64,000 nt of DNA from the NCBI GenBank assembly GCA_020137815.1, contig CM035362.1:1054001-1118000 (forward strand), written 5' to 3'. Made by a program: the position numbers and the translations under genes. Shown here one piece after another: positions 1 through 13,949 of the stretch; positions within the stretch are counted from its first letter, which is position 1; the number at the start of each line of letters is the position of its first letter. Origin of the DNA: Hormiphora californensis. Taxonomy: Eukaryota; Animalia; Ctenophora. Below the pieces are notes generated by a model. The model saw only the letters and a list, made by a program, of their open reading frames with translations, searched no databases and had not been told where the DNA came from.

Positions 1-578
1 GTGAACCTTATGAATAGCTCTTAGAAATACGACATTTTCTTCGTTTTTTCTTCAAAATTCTTAAGCTTGCTTTGTTCGGCAAAGATTCATTAGAGACCGA
101 GTTGTTTTTAAAATGCGTGATGATTTTTTGATTAGAGCGATCCTTTCATTGCATTCATAAATATATTCATGATGGAGAAAAACTAACCACAAGACCTCAG
201 CAAGCCTAATTGTATCCTATTGGTCGTTAAAATTTTCGTGGGGGAGTCAAGAATTCTTAACTGTCATGTGTATCGGCTGATTGTCGGGCGATTTTGCAAT
301 TTGTACAGACGAACACACAATTAATGCCTTCCGATTCCGCTTCTATACTCCTGTCTCTCTCTCTCTGTCTCTCTCTGCATCTCTATGTCTCCCTCTGTCT
401 CTCTCTGTGTGTCTCACTATGTTTCTCTCTCTCCCAACTGGTAGCTTCCTAGTCTCTTTCCCTGTCTCTTCCCCTGTCTCTTCCCAACACTATTACATTA
501 ACATGGGCCGTTCGATAAAGCGCTATTTTTGAAATCGGTCTATCCTCTCAGACATCATTATCTCTCTACCTCTCTCTT

Positions 579-629
<51 letters not shown>

Positions 630-630
630 T

Positions 631-684
<54 letters not shown>

Positions 685-1258
685 CCTCTTTCTCTTCATC
701 GTTTCATAGTTCTCTCTCCATATTTTCCAATTTCTTTCCAGTATTGCCTATAGTTTCTCTCTATCCTCTCCCCCGATGCCCCTACTGCTCCGGCCGGTTC
801 CACCCTGTTTCCGCACTGCTTCGAAGGTTAAATCAATAGTACTATTTGCATTCTGCGTGAGAATTGTTTGCACGTCATCTATCGACAAGGGAGTTAGGAT
901 ATTTTGTGTTGACATTTCCATTTTGTGGTCCTTTTTAACGTCCTGTGAGTTCCACAGATTTCGAAATATATAATCCAACCCTTCCTTTAGTATGACAGAG
1001 AAATGATATGAGGACAAACCAGTCCAAGGTCTGCTAATCCAATTAATACCAGGTAAGCTATACTTGTTGATAATTCACATCATCTAGCTGTCGTTAATGT
1101 TGTCCTCTTGTAGGGACGTTTGAATAGCCTATTATAGAGTGTAGACTTTAGACACACAATATCCATCACCCGATCACGCATTGATCAATGAACCTAATCA
1201 TTAGCCTACAAGATATGAAGGCACTTGATCGTTAATCATTATTCATTTATTCATATTC

Positions 1259-1324
<66 letters not shown>

Positions 1325-2024
1325 TTTCTCTCTTTTACACGTCATTCATGCTGCGGCCAACATTCTTTTGAGCCAAGAAAATTTCCGATTAGCTATATAA
1401 CATGCGAACAAGAAAATATAACCGCGATAGAGATGAAGAGAGAAAAAGAGATGGAAAATATTATTATTGAGAAAGAACAGATGGAAAATAGAATAGTACG
1501 TTATGGCGTGGTTTCACACCTTTCCAGACCACATCATAGCTCCATGTATTATAAATTACCTAATTTGATAGGGACATAATAAATGGGCCGCATTTATTAT
1601 GGCTTCATTTTACTAAAATATCCTTCTATAAAGTAGGCATAGCATTTTTTATACTCAACAACTAAATATAGGTTCACGAGAGGTTTCGAATGCGTTAGAA
1701 CGGTCCTTGTTGTTGACCCCTTACTCAACAAATAGGTCCTTATTTGTCTTATAAACAATCTAACGAATATCTCTATTATTATTATGTGCAGCTATATACA
1801 ATATGCATCATTATTCAGTTTGTTGGTGTTATACTCGAGTACTGATCGAGTCTCACTATTCCCTACTATCATTATCATATATGAGATTGATCTAAAAGTT
1901 TAGTACTGCTCGTGGAAGACACTCTGGCGTCCATTGTTTATTCCTTTATCTTGAAACAATTTTGTAATTCTTTTCACATGTAAACCGTTATTATTTTCCC
2001 ACCTAGATACATACTAATTACGCA

Positions 2025-2891
2025 ATGGATAAAGCTGGGGATCAGGGAGATAGAGAGTGCATGGTACCGCAGCCAGTTTTAAATGGGGAGGCCGTTGTTG
2101 TCGATGTAAGTGTAACATCTTCTTTTTTGTTTTGGGAAGTCTTTCTTTAATATTTGCGTGTAAAATTGGCATTTCTCTTCTCCTCCCCGTCATTTCCGGT
2201 TGATTGTTTTAGTAAATCTACCAATTAGCCTCTCTCCAGTCTTCCGTGTGTATAGGCAGATCCTTGGTCATCTGCCGTGACTGTAATTTTCTGGAGATCT
2301 CGATATACACTATCGCGATCGTCGAAGAAAAAACAAAGCCATTTACTTCTAAATTTATCACGTTTTCTTCTTTTGGCAACTTCTCCTTCCTAAAACAACG
2401 CCAATTAAGATCTCTCGAGCCAAATCTTAAGAAAAGGTTGTTACACTATCTGCTGAAAGATCAATTCTCAGTGGAACTAAACCACTCTCCCTCCCAGGTG
2501 AAGGATGTTATTGATTTCTCAGCCCGACCAAGATCCACAATTCGAAGGACCCCGGCCCCGGCCCAGGACGACACCCCCAGCTACACCCGGTTCATGGTGC
2601 ACTTCCAGATTGCTAGCATCACTGCAGTAGTTCTCGCCGGAGTTTTCCTGTTGCTAGGATACGAGTTTTATAGTGAACACAAAAGCAGTGAAATCTTCAA
2701 GTACATTGGAATTTTTCCTGATCGCCTTGGCTGTATTGTTCTTCATAGCGGTGATTTACATCAACTCAGTCAGCCAAAACAACTTGATAGACAGTATGAC
2801 AAGCTTCCGGAAGAGCCGCGCTGCTAATCCCCAGATTGTCAAGGGGCTGACCAAGAATCACCACCATGTACCTGCACATGCTACACCGTGA
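2025..2891 (+). CDS. Small two-transmembrane protein of unknown function (2 exons: 2025-2105, 2498-2891; apparent 1-nt frameshift in a T-run at ~2712-2716)
   Basis: ATG 2025 MDKAGDQG...VVVD|GTAAGT donor; polypyrimidine CTCCCAG acceptor at 2497, phase 0. First hydrophobic helix (FQIASITAVVLAGVFLLLGY) is in ORF 2246-2827; the second (FLIALAVLFFIAVIYI) is in overlapping ORF 2673-2891 and joins if one T is removed. No family recognised. Confidence 0.5.
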
Positions 2892-3462
2892 ATCTCTGGA
2901 TAGACGAGGATATTATATACTGGAACAAAGTGAATTTTATGAAAGAGATGATGAGAGGAGTGAGATGACTTATAATAGAGTTTTTAGTATATATAATAGA
3001 AATTCAAGTATTTGGACCAAGTTTTAAAAACTTATGAAAACTGAAGTTATAACTGTCTGGCGCCGCGACCCATCTGAGCACACTGATTTGAGAATCAAAT
3101 TGGGGTCTGGCGCCGCCAGACAGAGTTATAAAAAGAGAGTATGGAAAGAACTGTTTGTTTAAGCTAAGGTAAATGTAGCAAACAGTAATTTCTGAAGTGT
3201 GCAAGTTTGGTGGCAAACATTTTTATTTTTTATCACTCGATTGCAGCACAAAACGAGTAAGAGAGTTGCTGTTTATAGTAGAAGCTCTGTAAACATTATC
3301 ACATACTATATTGAGCGTAACGAAACGTTTACAATTTTGTAAAAGCAACAAAAACATGAACGCTCATAAATTATTTGCATTGTGGAGGATATCTTTAAAA
3401 CATAATGATTTTAATTATCATTGATTTCCATAACGGGTAGTTTCCCACGGCGGCTAGTTTAA

Positions 3463-4151
3463 CCCTTTGAGGCCCAGAGGGTCATATCTCTATTATAATT
3501 TGGAGATGTCGCGTCGAAGTGGTGGTCGTTCGTTCAGTGCGTTTCTACGCGACAGTGCTCCTTCATAAAACACTTTATGTGACCAAAGCTGTAAAGCTGT
3601 TGCTCACACTTTTGGAACTTCCAGTGGAAGTTTGTTAATATTTTCGAATGAATTTTAAGATGCCAGTCTTCATGGTTATCAATTCAGTTGCCATGGCAAC
3701 CGTGTAATTATTGACGTTGAAAGGGCGAAAAGAACTGCCCGGCGAAGCCGGGTGGGTTGTCAAAAAGTCCTTACTTGAGGCGCACCCAATGGGTGCGCTA
3801 GTATGTCCAAAAGTTTGAGGCTTCGTAGCGTCAAGCCTGATTAAGTTTTGGCCTAAAATAAAATGCCAGGTGATAGCTTGAACGATTCTCTATCTAAAAA
3901 TCGGGACATTTTCATGCCAAATTGTATGAGGAAGTTCCTAATTAGGACTAAATGAACCCCACTTCGGTCATTTTTTCTAATTAGGTCTCATTTCCTGATG
4001 AATTGTCCTAACCTCATTTCCTTCTAGAATAATATAGAAGGAGATAAAATGGAGCTGCTAAAACAAACGGAATCAAAAATCTTTATTTTTGACTGAGAAA
4101 ACTCAATTTTTGGTTTCGGGTCATATATGACCCTCTGGGTCGTTTGGGAAG
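3463..4151. mobile_element. Degenerate non-autonomous TIR element, piggyBac-like (TTAA-flanked)
   Basis: Left TTAA|CCCTTTGAGGCCCAGAGGGTCATAT; right ATATGACCCTCTGGGTCGTTTGGGAAG|TTAA. Shared inverted core CCCAGAGGGTCATAT; another copy of the end motif at ~4297-4323. No transposase ORF. Confidence 0.4.
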
Positions 4152-5305
4152 TTAAGAATTTCAAACGGCCTGGGAGTCATCCGTATGCTTTCAGATTCTC
4201 AAAAACTGGTTAGTCAGTGCCCTAATGATTATACAAGTCCACAGGAACCGTTTCATGAACCGTATTGACCGATTTCTACGATTTAGTCTAGGTTAAGGGT
4301 CATATATGACCCTCTGGGTCGTTCACGGAAAACTACCTATCATGTGTAATTCAGTCTTTGAACGCCGTTTATGATCAAACAAGATGCCGAACCCGCAGTC
4401 AATCATCACATTAGTGGGGGTAGAGCACCGGTGGGCAGTTTTCCATTACAAGGGATAGTTGACATAACAGATAGGTTTGAGGAGTTTGCACCAACTTCAG
4501 CGTGTCTCCTCCCTAATGGCGTAATCTGCCGTACGTAATCCCATGTCTTCCATATAAAGCTGTTAAGCTTTTTCCCATTAACAGTTCTACTTTCATTAGT
4601 GGGAATACGGTGTCTGAATAATACGGTATCTGACCAATGCATTGCAACACGGAGGGCCCGAGAGTTTCACAGCATATGAAAGCATTGCATGCATTAGCAG
4701 TTTGTAGGACATACGTGTTGTCAATCTGGTGCTCTCAGCTCTGATTGGTCACGCTTGCGCGTCCTCTTACTCTGTTTCACTGATACAGAATTCATAACCG
4801 ATACCATTTTCCCACTACAAACACCCTAGTAAGCGGGTTTGCCAGATCTGACATTAATTACAAAATAACAACTCGCTGTTTTTTGAAAAGGTTGAAATGG
4901 TACAGTTATAGTTATAATGAAATCAAGTCGATTTATAAATACACATGAGGGTGATATTATAAGGGGGTATAATTGTTATAGTCACGGTTATAGTAGGGAG
5001 GGGAAAACGTTCACACACTGTCAGTATAAACTCTTCTTCTTTTAGTAGTATACATAATTATATATGAAAGCTTATTAGTAGATACATATACTTATTAAAG
5101 TCTAAATAACTCTTACAAGTATACCAGTTTTAACATCTGTACTGATAATTATTATGGCACTGTCGAGAATTCACATGTCTTGGGACATAAAACATGGCCA
5201 CGGGGGGAGTTTTCACAAAAAATATTTTGAATAAACGGTATAGATACAATTGATGTAGCCAAAAAACACTCACACACTCACATACGCACACACTCACACG
5301 AGATT

Positions 5306-5410
<105 letters not shown>

Positions 5411-6550
5411 GGTACACCCCTCACACAGATGATATGCAAAATGATAAAACTCAAAGGGCTTCAAAAACATGGATCATACAAACAAGTTAACATATATCAA
5501 ACACATATTAATCTGTATTAATGAATGTATGATATGTTAATGATATGTTAACATGCTGGTAAAATATAACTGGTGATTCAACCAATGTGTCTAAATGCAG
5601 ATACTGCATTTTAGGCCACATTCTAACTCATAGATATAACTCACTCACACAAACTCTCACGTCCTCACACAAATGCTACAAATATCACACCACGAACAGA
5701 CGAACCAAACTCAAAATATCACACACTCACACTGAACACTCTCACACACTCTCACACACTCACACTGCAATCAAAAATCACACTCTTCCACCTAAATGCC
5801 ATAAGGAAAGTACGCCTTTCCAACAAGCGCACAAAACACACACAAACACACACAATCACGCACACACACACACACACACACTCACACACATGATGAAAAA
5901 AGGAGATAAATAACAAATAAACACAGTTATAACTGTTGCATCAAATAACACACGCATACAGAGATACAATACTTAACTAAGTATTTGTCCCAAGTGTATA
6001 ACAAATCTCAGAAGAATTCATTGTGCCTTCCTTCATGTACGTCATTCAGTAACAAATAATTAGAAGGCCAGAGTTGTGGGTTTAATATGATGTCACTTTT
6101 CAATAGAAATTAACACTGGTTTCTATGACATGATCACCATATAAAAACCCAAACTCTAACATCCTAAAGTTATTATTCCAGACTACAACGATTATGAAGT
6201 CTCCACTTGAACTTGCAGCTTGGGTTGGAATATACAGCTGCAAATCAAGTGCAGTATGACACAATGATATATGATCGATTGTAGAGTCTGTGGTCTATCT
6301 CTCGATATGGTACAAGATAGAATTGTATACCATATAGATAGTTCATGTCACATATATCGATTCCATACAGATATCGTATTATTACGCTCCAGGCGCCTTC
6401 AAAATGATAGTCTCTCTCAACTGTCCATGTCAGTTATAAACCCTCAGGGTAGACAGCACTGCTGTAGCAAGTGGGGGGATTGGGGGCCTAGATCGGGAGT
6501 GATATGTATCTATTACCAAGGCAACCTACTTGTCGCCATGGAAACACCTC

Positions 6551-8414
6551 TCACCCTGATCTCGGTACCCGAATCTTTGCGTGACAACCCACAACTACCT
6601 GCTCAGTACTGTATACATAACTCTCCTCACTGTGAGATGCGACATTGCTGCAACCCTCCGATAACCGGAGAATCTGCCTGGTCTCCGTGATCTCATCACA
6701 CACCATCTCATACCCCTCCGGGAAGAAGGCCTGGAGGTTGCTGTTGGGCTTGCAGTGGACTTCAGCCTTCACAAAGGGGAACTTGTCAAACCGCATGGTG
6801 TAGCTTCGCTCCATTTTGCAGAAGGCGATCTTGTAGCCGGACCCCTTGGAGGAATCCTTACCCGACTGGAGGTTTCTCCTTTCGTGGCTAAAAGGAGGAG
6901 GGATATTATATACTTGTTGAGATTTTCAATGGCATTTATTAAGAAATAAGAAAGTCAGTCGATGCAGTCTGGGATTGCTGTCAAGGTTGTAGATTATACA
7001 GTTTCGGTTAGTTTTCATAACTGATTGACTTTTTAAGGATGTTTGCTAGTTTTTTACTCTGGAATGAAAGCGATTTTGAATGGCACACACGTTTTTTAAG
7101 CTCCTGCAGAGAATGCTACTTCGTTGGAAAAACTGACTCGGTTACCATTGAAATTCGCTTACTTAACGCGTCGGTGGGTCAACACTTTAGATTTTTCACG
7201 GCGTTTGAAAAGTTTAAACAGGTTGAAAAACGCAAGGGAAGTTTGTTGTAATTCGGTTTCGGTCGCTGCAGATTCAGGAGGTGTCTTTGTCCTGGTACTG
7301 TGTGATTTGTATAAATCGAGAGTCAGTGCAGTCAATTGGCTACACTGTTCCTGTCAACCAAATGATCATGAACGTATGATATGCAGTACAAATTGTGGCT
7401 ATGATGTCTTACCTAGAGAACCAGGCGTTGTTGTTCTCAACTTGATTCTCCGTTAATTCGGCAGTGAAATCATCAAAATCACTATCCGTTCCAATCATGT
7501 TGAACTACGAGGAGGAGGGATAATTTGAAAGAGACATTAAACAATGTACTAAAATCAGAACATTACTCAATGATATTTGAATACAAAAGATGTAGATAAG
7601 AACGTAGATAAGAACGTATTTAAAAAAAGAAAGATTCGAAGGAAATAGATAAGAAAATAGATAAGAAAATAGATAAGAAAATAATTAAGAAAATAGATAA
7701 GAAAATAGATAAGAAAATAGATAAGAAAATAGATAAGAAAATAAATTAAAATAGATAAGAAAATAGATAAGAAAATATATTTAAAAAAGAAAAGACATAT
7801 AAAAAAAAAGATGAGAAAATACATAAGAAAGAAAAATAAAAATACAGATAAGAAAAATTGATATGGAAATGAAATTACCTGATGGTTTTGTGAGGATATG
7901 TGTTTGTGCATATCAATGGGATTCTGATCACAAAACTTTCTGTCCGTCCCTGACTGCACTTGCACTGAAAATAAGAAACATTTGTAAATACTTTGTTTGA
8001 TATCGGACTCGGACGAGGTGTGGCACGGAGAGATAGACCTAGACAAGGACGAGGTATCATGGTATCGTCATGGTGCGGGTATATTCTTTGTCGGGATATG
8101 TTGTCACGTTTCAAAGTTTCCATCTTCAAATGGGATTCTACAAGACAACAAAATACATTGAGACATGCCGTGACAGATTTTCTATGAACTTAGAGCTTTA
8201 TCATATATACAGTCGGACCCTGATTTAGGGGCCCCCGATTTAGTGGACAAGAGCCTTTCCTCCGAGGGTGTCCCTAAATCGGGGTCCGACTATAATAGAT
8301 GATGATAAAGGTTTCAAATTGGTCATTATCCTGTTGATTCTTACCTGGAGCAGAGAGAGTGACAAAGGTCTGGAGGCAAAGCACAAAAACAAATCGAAGA
8401 ACTGTAGTAAACAT
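6551..8414 (-). CDS. Secreted precursor (~272 aa): signal peptide, pro-region with dibasic sites, C-terminal IL-17/Trunk-PTTH-like cystine-knot-type domain. Exons 8414-8345, 8137-8039, 7964-7879, 7504-7413, 7297-7163, 6887-6551
   Basis: Six exons join in frame (819 nt) with GT-AG introns. N-terminus MFTTVLRFVFVLCLQTFVTLSAP is signal-like; HRRVNHERR precedes ...KIAFCKMERSYTMRFDKFPFVKAEVHC...MVCDEITETRQILRLSEGC...YVYSTEQVVVGCHAK. Family assignment is by motif resemblance only. Confidence 0.65.
7640..7860. repeat. 12-bp intronic minisatellite (ATAAGAAAATAG)n
   Basis: Directly visible tandem copies, degenerating at the edges, inside intron 7505-7878 of the secreted gene. Confidence 0.9.
8210..8292. 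mobile_element. Tiny Tc1/mariner(pogo)-type MITE remnant
   Basis: TA|CAGTCGGACCCTGATTTAGGG ... CCCTAAATCGGGGTCCGACTA|TA: ~21-bp imperfect TIR, TA flanks, inside the intron 8138-8344 of the secreted gene. Confidence 0.6.
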
Positions 8415-11400
8415 CTGAAAGAGGAATGTTTTAAAAACTTTGTGTCAATGTTCCTTTGTAATGCGACACCTATGGTGTCATAACAGGGTTGTTTTTTTGT
8501 GCAGGGGAGGTGTCGGGTAAAAAGGAATTAGATGAAAATTTGTTAATCAATATTCTTGAGATAAAGACTTGGATTTGGTCCAAGTAATTTACCTTTGAGA
8601 ATTGGTAACACAACAAAAAATAATAACAAACCAAGAAAATAAAAACAGCAAAAAAGAAAAGAAACCCGTAGAGAAAAAAAGGCGACCCAAAAAGTTTTCA
8701 ACAAAAGTGTAAATTCGTGTTCTATTTTTAGGTCCTCACAAATTTTGGTACGTCGATAATTAGTTAGTCATTAAGTTCACTGTACTACAGAGAGAAGGAA
8801 GGACATAACCACAAACCACACTATCGACGTCATGTCTCTCCTTACCTCTTTCATTTCTCTCTCTTTTCATTTTCTTTCTCTCTAGGCTTCACAGTCTCAT
8901 CTAACTCTTAATTCTCTCTCATTCAACTCCTCCCAACGTCTCCTCCTCACGTTATTTGCAGCTCCGCCCTATTCATTCGACTATCTCTCTATTACTTTTT
9001 CATCTATATTTCTTAACGCTTTCTGGCCATTTCTCGCACTCTTGTCCCAAAAAAGGTTGATTCAAGAGCTCCAGATAGAGAAAGAAACTAGTTCGTCCTA
9101 ATTAGGACACTTTTAATTAAAAAGCAGGGGGCTGTGAGGCGGGATTTAAGTTTAGCTCTCGTTGGAAATTACCATGAAGAAATAAGAAATAAGGACAGAT
9201 TTAGTGTATGACAACATGGGGCAAAACATGACAAGTAAACTACCACTCCCTACTGGACCACGCCTAACACGGTACAAAGAGGTACAGCATATATGAACAC
9301 AATGTCACAAAACCGTATTCTTTGGAGAATTCCTAAGAAGATATTTGGGAGGGGAGAAAAACATATTGTAGCTCGCGCTAGATAAGAAGAAAACGACATT
9401 TCATTCTCATAAACATGATAAACGAAGATTTGGTTAAAAACATTTCCATGCAGTCGCAATTACCTTTTATAATAAGTAGTAAATTCTTTCACAGAGGTGT
9501 AATAAATAGTCGGTTAACAGGAAACTTGGCACATAAACTGCTGAGTTGGGAAAATTTTGGGTTAATCATTTCTTTACTAATTACTAATTTGCATAAAATT
9601 ATAAAATCATTCTCAGAGCATGCATTTTGTTGCAAATTCGAATTTAGCGAATACCGAATGAGCGAAATGAGCATAAACTACATAGTTGATCAATTAAAAC
9701 TAGCAACTACGCAAATAAAGCCGGATCCCAATTTACCAAGATGACTTGTCCACGGTAAATCAGGGTTCCGGTAATTCGGGATGGGACTGCAATGACCAAA
9801 AAGAGCGTTTTGATAGCTGTCTGCCAAAACGAAACGAAAGAGGCAGAGAAGTGAGGAGGGGGGGGGGGGGGTCTGCAGTTTCTTATCTTGGTAACTTCTA
9901 GGAACTATCGTGTCCTGATGTCCTGTTATTTACTTGTAACACAATATATACGACGCGTGCCTCGGGACTGATAACTATAATTTCTTAGAAACGCACCGAA
10001 ATTGAAAGCTTTGTTGGCATTCCGCATTTTATTTATTTAAGGCGGCGTGCTGTCTAGTTAATATTTCGCCCCACCCTTTTCAATTCTCCAAGAATATTAA
10101 AAGAAGGATCGAGTGCAAACAAATAGTAGTTGTCATGGTGATATTAGTTTCGCCTAGTTGTCAAGGGCATGTATCGTAGGGTGGAGTTCCATAACAGGGA
10201 AATAAACATTCCTGTAAATTGTAAATCATATTTATAGTAATCATTTGGGATTTATAGGTCTTCGATTTGGTATTGATAAGGCCAGGTCCCCCGGGCAAAA
10301 GGTTATCGTACTTTTGGTACAATTTAAGTAACTATAATGAACTGCTAGTCGCGCACGTGAGGATTTCACCACGAAATAATTGAAGTTCATCCAGGGCAAC
10401 ATTGCTTCTTCATTAAACATCAATGGGTTAGTCATGATAGCTGGTAGGATTCGACTAAGCACAAGTGCATCAGGTCATCAGGGTTGTTTCTATTAGGAAA
10501 ATAACATCACATGACGATCAAAACAAGTTCGAAATGAGTTGAATCACGAGTTTCAAAAAGATACCATATGACGTATTGACGTGTCCCACTTTTTAATGAA
10601 GGACCCAGGACTGGTCCGTTATCAGATAGGAGCTGTAACAAAATGAATCTCTCCATTTGAACGCAGCACAATTTAAACTAACATCAGGAGTTTACTTCCA
10701 TATTTGGTAATTGGGTGGACCCCCTACCCCAACTGTGGTCACGTTATATAGGGTGTGGAGGGGGGTTACAAGTAGGGATGGATATTTGGGGGCGGGGGAG
10801 GGGCTTCTCTATTTTTAGGGGAATCACGTCATGTTGCCAGGTCATGGGGCTGGAGGAAGAGAAATGAGGGGGGGAGAGAGAAAGAAAGAGAAAGAAAGAG
10901 AGAGGTGAGGTGAGAGAGATAATGATAACATGGACTAGGAGAGGATGATTAAATTTCGGAGTGGGAGGAAGGACATATTGAGAATAAATGAACAATGATG
11001 TCTCCTTGTTTCGATTCGTTCTTTATAATAGATGATTGTTCAATGACTGATGACTGCAATAGAACATTTGGTGACGTTATGAAGATTTAGATTTTAGTAA
11101 TCTGTATGTCACTTTATCAAAGCTTCTCCATTCCCCTACATAACAACTGGCAAGTTAAAAATAATTAACTAAGCCCAAAGCTGACTCGTAATTAGGTAAC
11201 TAAAGAGAACAAACCAAGTAAAATAATAAAATGGTCATATGACACAATAGAGACACACCTCTACAATAATCCCATGTCACACCACACACGTGCATCAATT
11301 TAACGAGGCATTGACGTCTTTCTATCCTTCTCCAATCTCTCTATCATTCTATCGTTCTCTCTTTTTATCCCTTCCTCTCGCTCTCCCTTTCTCGTTCTAG

Positions 11401-12546
11401 TCTCTCTCTATATCGATATTATTTCATTACAGACCACTAACTAACGGACGAGAAGACACGAGTAACATATGGACCTATCTTTATCTCTCCACCCTTCTTT
11501 TTTTACTATTTTCGACCCTTCATTTGTCTATCTTGACCCTAATCGGCTACTTTAATCTTCCTCGACTAATCACATGAATCATGATGACCAATCTAGATCA
11601 CTGGTATGAGTAATAATTGAATCATGTTAATCTAATAATCTATAACATTAGAACAAGCCTTATAGAATTCTACTTTCATACTTTTGAAACAATCGAGATC
11701 AGGTTCTAGGGAGAAATCGGGTCCTAGGGAGAAATCGGGTTCCATAAGAGTCTTATTAAATGTGGCGAACTAGTATCGCACTATCACTTTAAGTAGTACC
11801 AATAGTTGTGACGCACACTGCTATATTAGGTGCTAAGATACATCTCACGTGATCTCACCCGCCGAGGTAACAAACAGAAATGAGGTGGTAGTATGTTGAA
11901 CTTTTTAGCACCTTAAATACCAGCGATCTCCGTCTAGAGACTGAGAACAAGAGTGGTAAAGATGTTCCTGGCTCGCCCTCAGCTGCAGTTCATTTAACTT
12001 TTTAGCGACTTAAATTGGTGGACGGCACCCACGAAAATCACAAAACAACGACTACCATGATATGCTTTAGAGAAATCTCCATTCTCTCATATTATCAACA
12101 CAATATTGCCCATTGTTTGAGAAATAGCTTCAAACAAGAGGCGCTGCGGTATTGTCTGGCACACAAATTGGGACGTATTTCAAGCAGCTGGCCGGAATCA
12201 AAGGAAGCACGTGCAGGATTGGAATTTCGTGGTGTGGGAAAACACTCGCCGCGATATCGAGGAAATTAAAAGAGTTGTTTGAAACAAGCTGGGATACTTC
12301 TGTGTAGCTTGTTTGAAAACAAAACCTGTTGAGATATGTAAAACTTATGAACACGACGTTGCGCCAGTATTACAAAAGCTGGGTATACACTGTATAGTGC
12401 ATATATCCTGAATTCTTCTCTATTTCTTAGTTAAAACAATACAACTCCTCAATTCAAACCAACAAAGGTGCATCTCCCTGACTGAATATACCATTAGTAG
12501 GATGTTAGGATTGCGTTGTCATTGACTGGACAATCTACACATGTGA

Positions 12547-12580
<34 letters not shown>

Positions 12581-12590
12581 TCTCTCTCTC

Positions 12591-12648
<58 letters not shown>

Positions 12649-13126
12649 TTCTCCGCAGTACACCAAAAAAACCACAATACCCATTGTTCGTAAGGCAAAA
12701 ACAAACTGGAGTATGGTTAAAGCACGTATTTATAGCAGTACACAAGAGAGAGAGAGTAAGAGAGAAAAGAAAGAGAGAGAAGTTGAAGAGAAGAGAGAGA
12801 AAAAGAGAGAGAAAGAGAGGGAAGTTGAAGACAAAGAGACGCAGCAGTAGGGCAAAGTAGCCTAGTAAAATTATAACCACACTAGGTAGGTACAGTACGT
12901 GTGCTGAACAGTTCATGTCCTGTAATATAGAGATAGAATTCAGGGCCCGAAATTCCGAGCACGAAAAACAAACGATAGCATAGAGAATAGTGGAACAAAT
13001 GGTGAAGGGGGCACGCGCCACATTCTTGAACCGTTAAACGTGAGGAGTGGTCGGGTTTGCAGTCTACATAAAAAGATAAAACAACCTCCCGGCAAAATGG
13101 TGGGTGCTCGTGAAGAAGTTTAGCAA

Positions 13127-13204
13127 TAGAGAGAGATAGCGAGACAGAGACAGAGAGAGAGAGAGAGATAGAGATAGAGAAAGTAGAGAGACAGAGACAG
13201 AGAC

Positions 13205-13244
<40 letters not shown>

Positions 13245-13256
13245 CGAGACAGAGAC

Positions 13257-13287
<31 letters not shown>

Positions 13288-13459
13288 AAGTAGAGAGACA
13301 GAGACAGAGACAGAGATAGAGAGAGAGGGAGGTGAACACATATAGAAGTATAGGCGCATTGAGATGCTAAACAAGTTTTATGACAAATACCTCACGTGTC
13401 ACCCTGATACGGTTTGCTTTGGCTCTGAGGAAGCGTATATTGCCAATATCTTCTTTCTC

Positions 13460-13510
<51 letters not shown>

Positions 13511-13511
13511 G

Positions 13512-13556
<45 letters not shown>

Positions 13557-13590
13557 CTCTGATCTCTCTCTCACCCTCTCTCTCTCACCC
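13127..13590. repeat. (GA)n/(CT)n microsatellite cluster (representative of many)
   Basis: Directly visible. Similar tracts at ~570-690, 1262-1330, 5306-5407, 12546-12650, 30056-30160, 35215-35335, 35715-35770, 60753-60830, 62083-62235, 63410-63545. Confidence 0.95.
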
Positions 13591-13949
13591 TTCCCTCCTT
13601 TTTCTATCTCTCTCTTCCATTCTCCCATTTCTACTTGGTTTTCCACCTCCATTGCTATTAGCCCCATGTGGTGAATACTTGGAATTTATAAGCTTGACAA
13701 ATTTACAAAGGGCAGCTATGTGGAGGACAATGAAGTATAGTGATGGTAGTGAGACATGTGCAGAGTAGTAGTAGGTGGGTAAAATTCGGGACTGGAATTA
13801 ATATGGTACGGACTAAATTATTAAAGAGAGAGAGAGAGAGGTGCTAGGTATGGAGACAGAGAGGAGGATCACGTCACCTCTCCAACTAGAACTACAGTGC
13901 ACAGTTTTTGTATTTCTAGTTTCTACTAAGCACTTGCTAGAATTTACCA

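Noticed and set aside
748-1017. 89-aa minus ORF vaguely like a PDZ C-terminus
   Set aside because: No convincing motif and no partner exons found.
6860-6890. Apparent in-frame stop suggesting recoding before the Cys domain
   Set aside because: The phase-2 acceptor at 6887 reads openly (HERRNLQSGKDSSKGSGYKIAFC); no frameshift or readthrough is needed.
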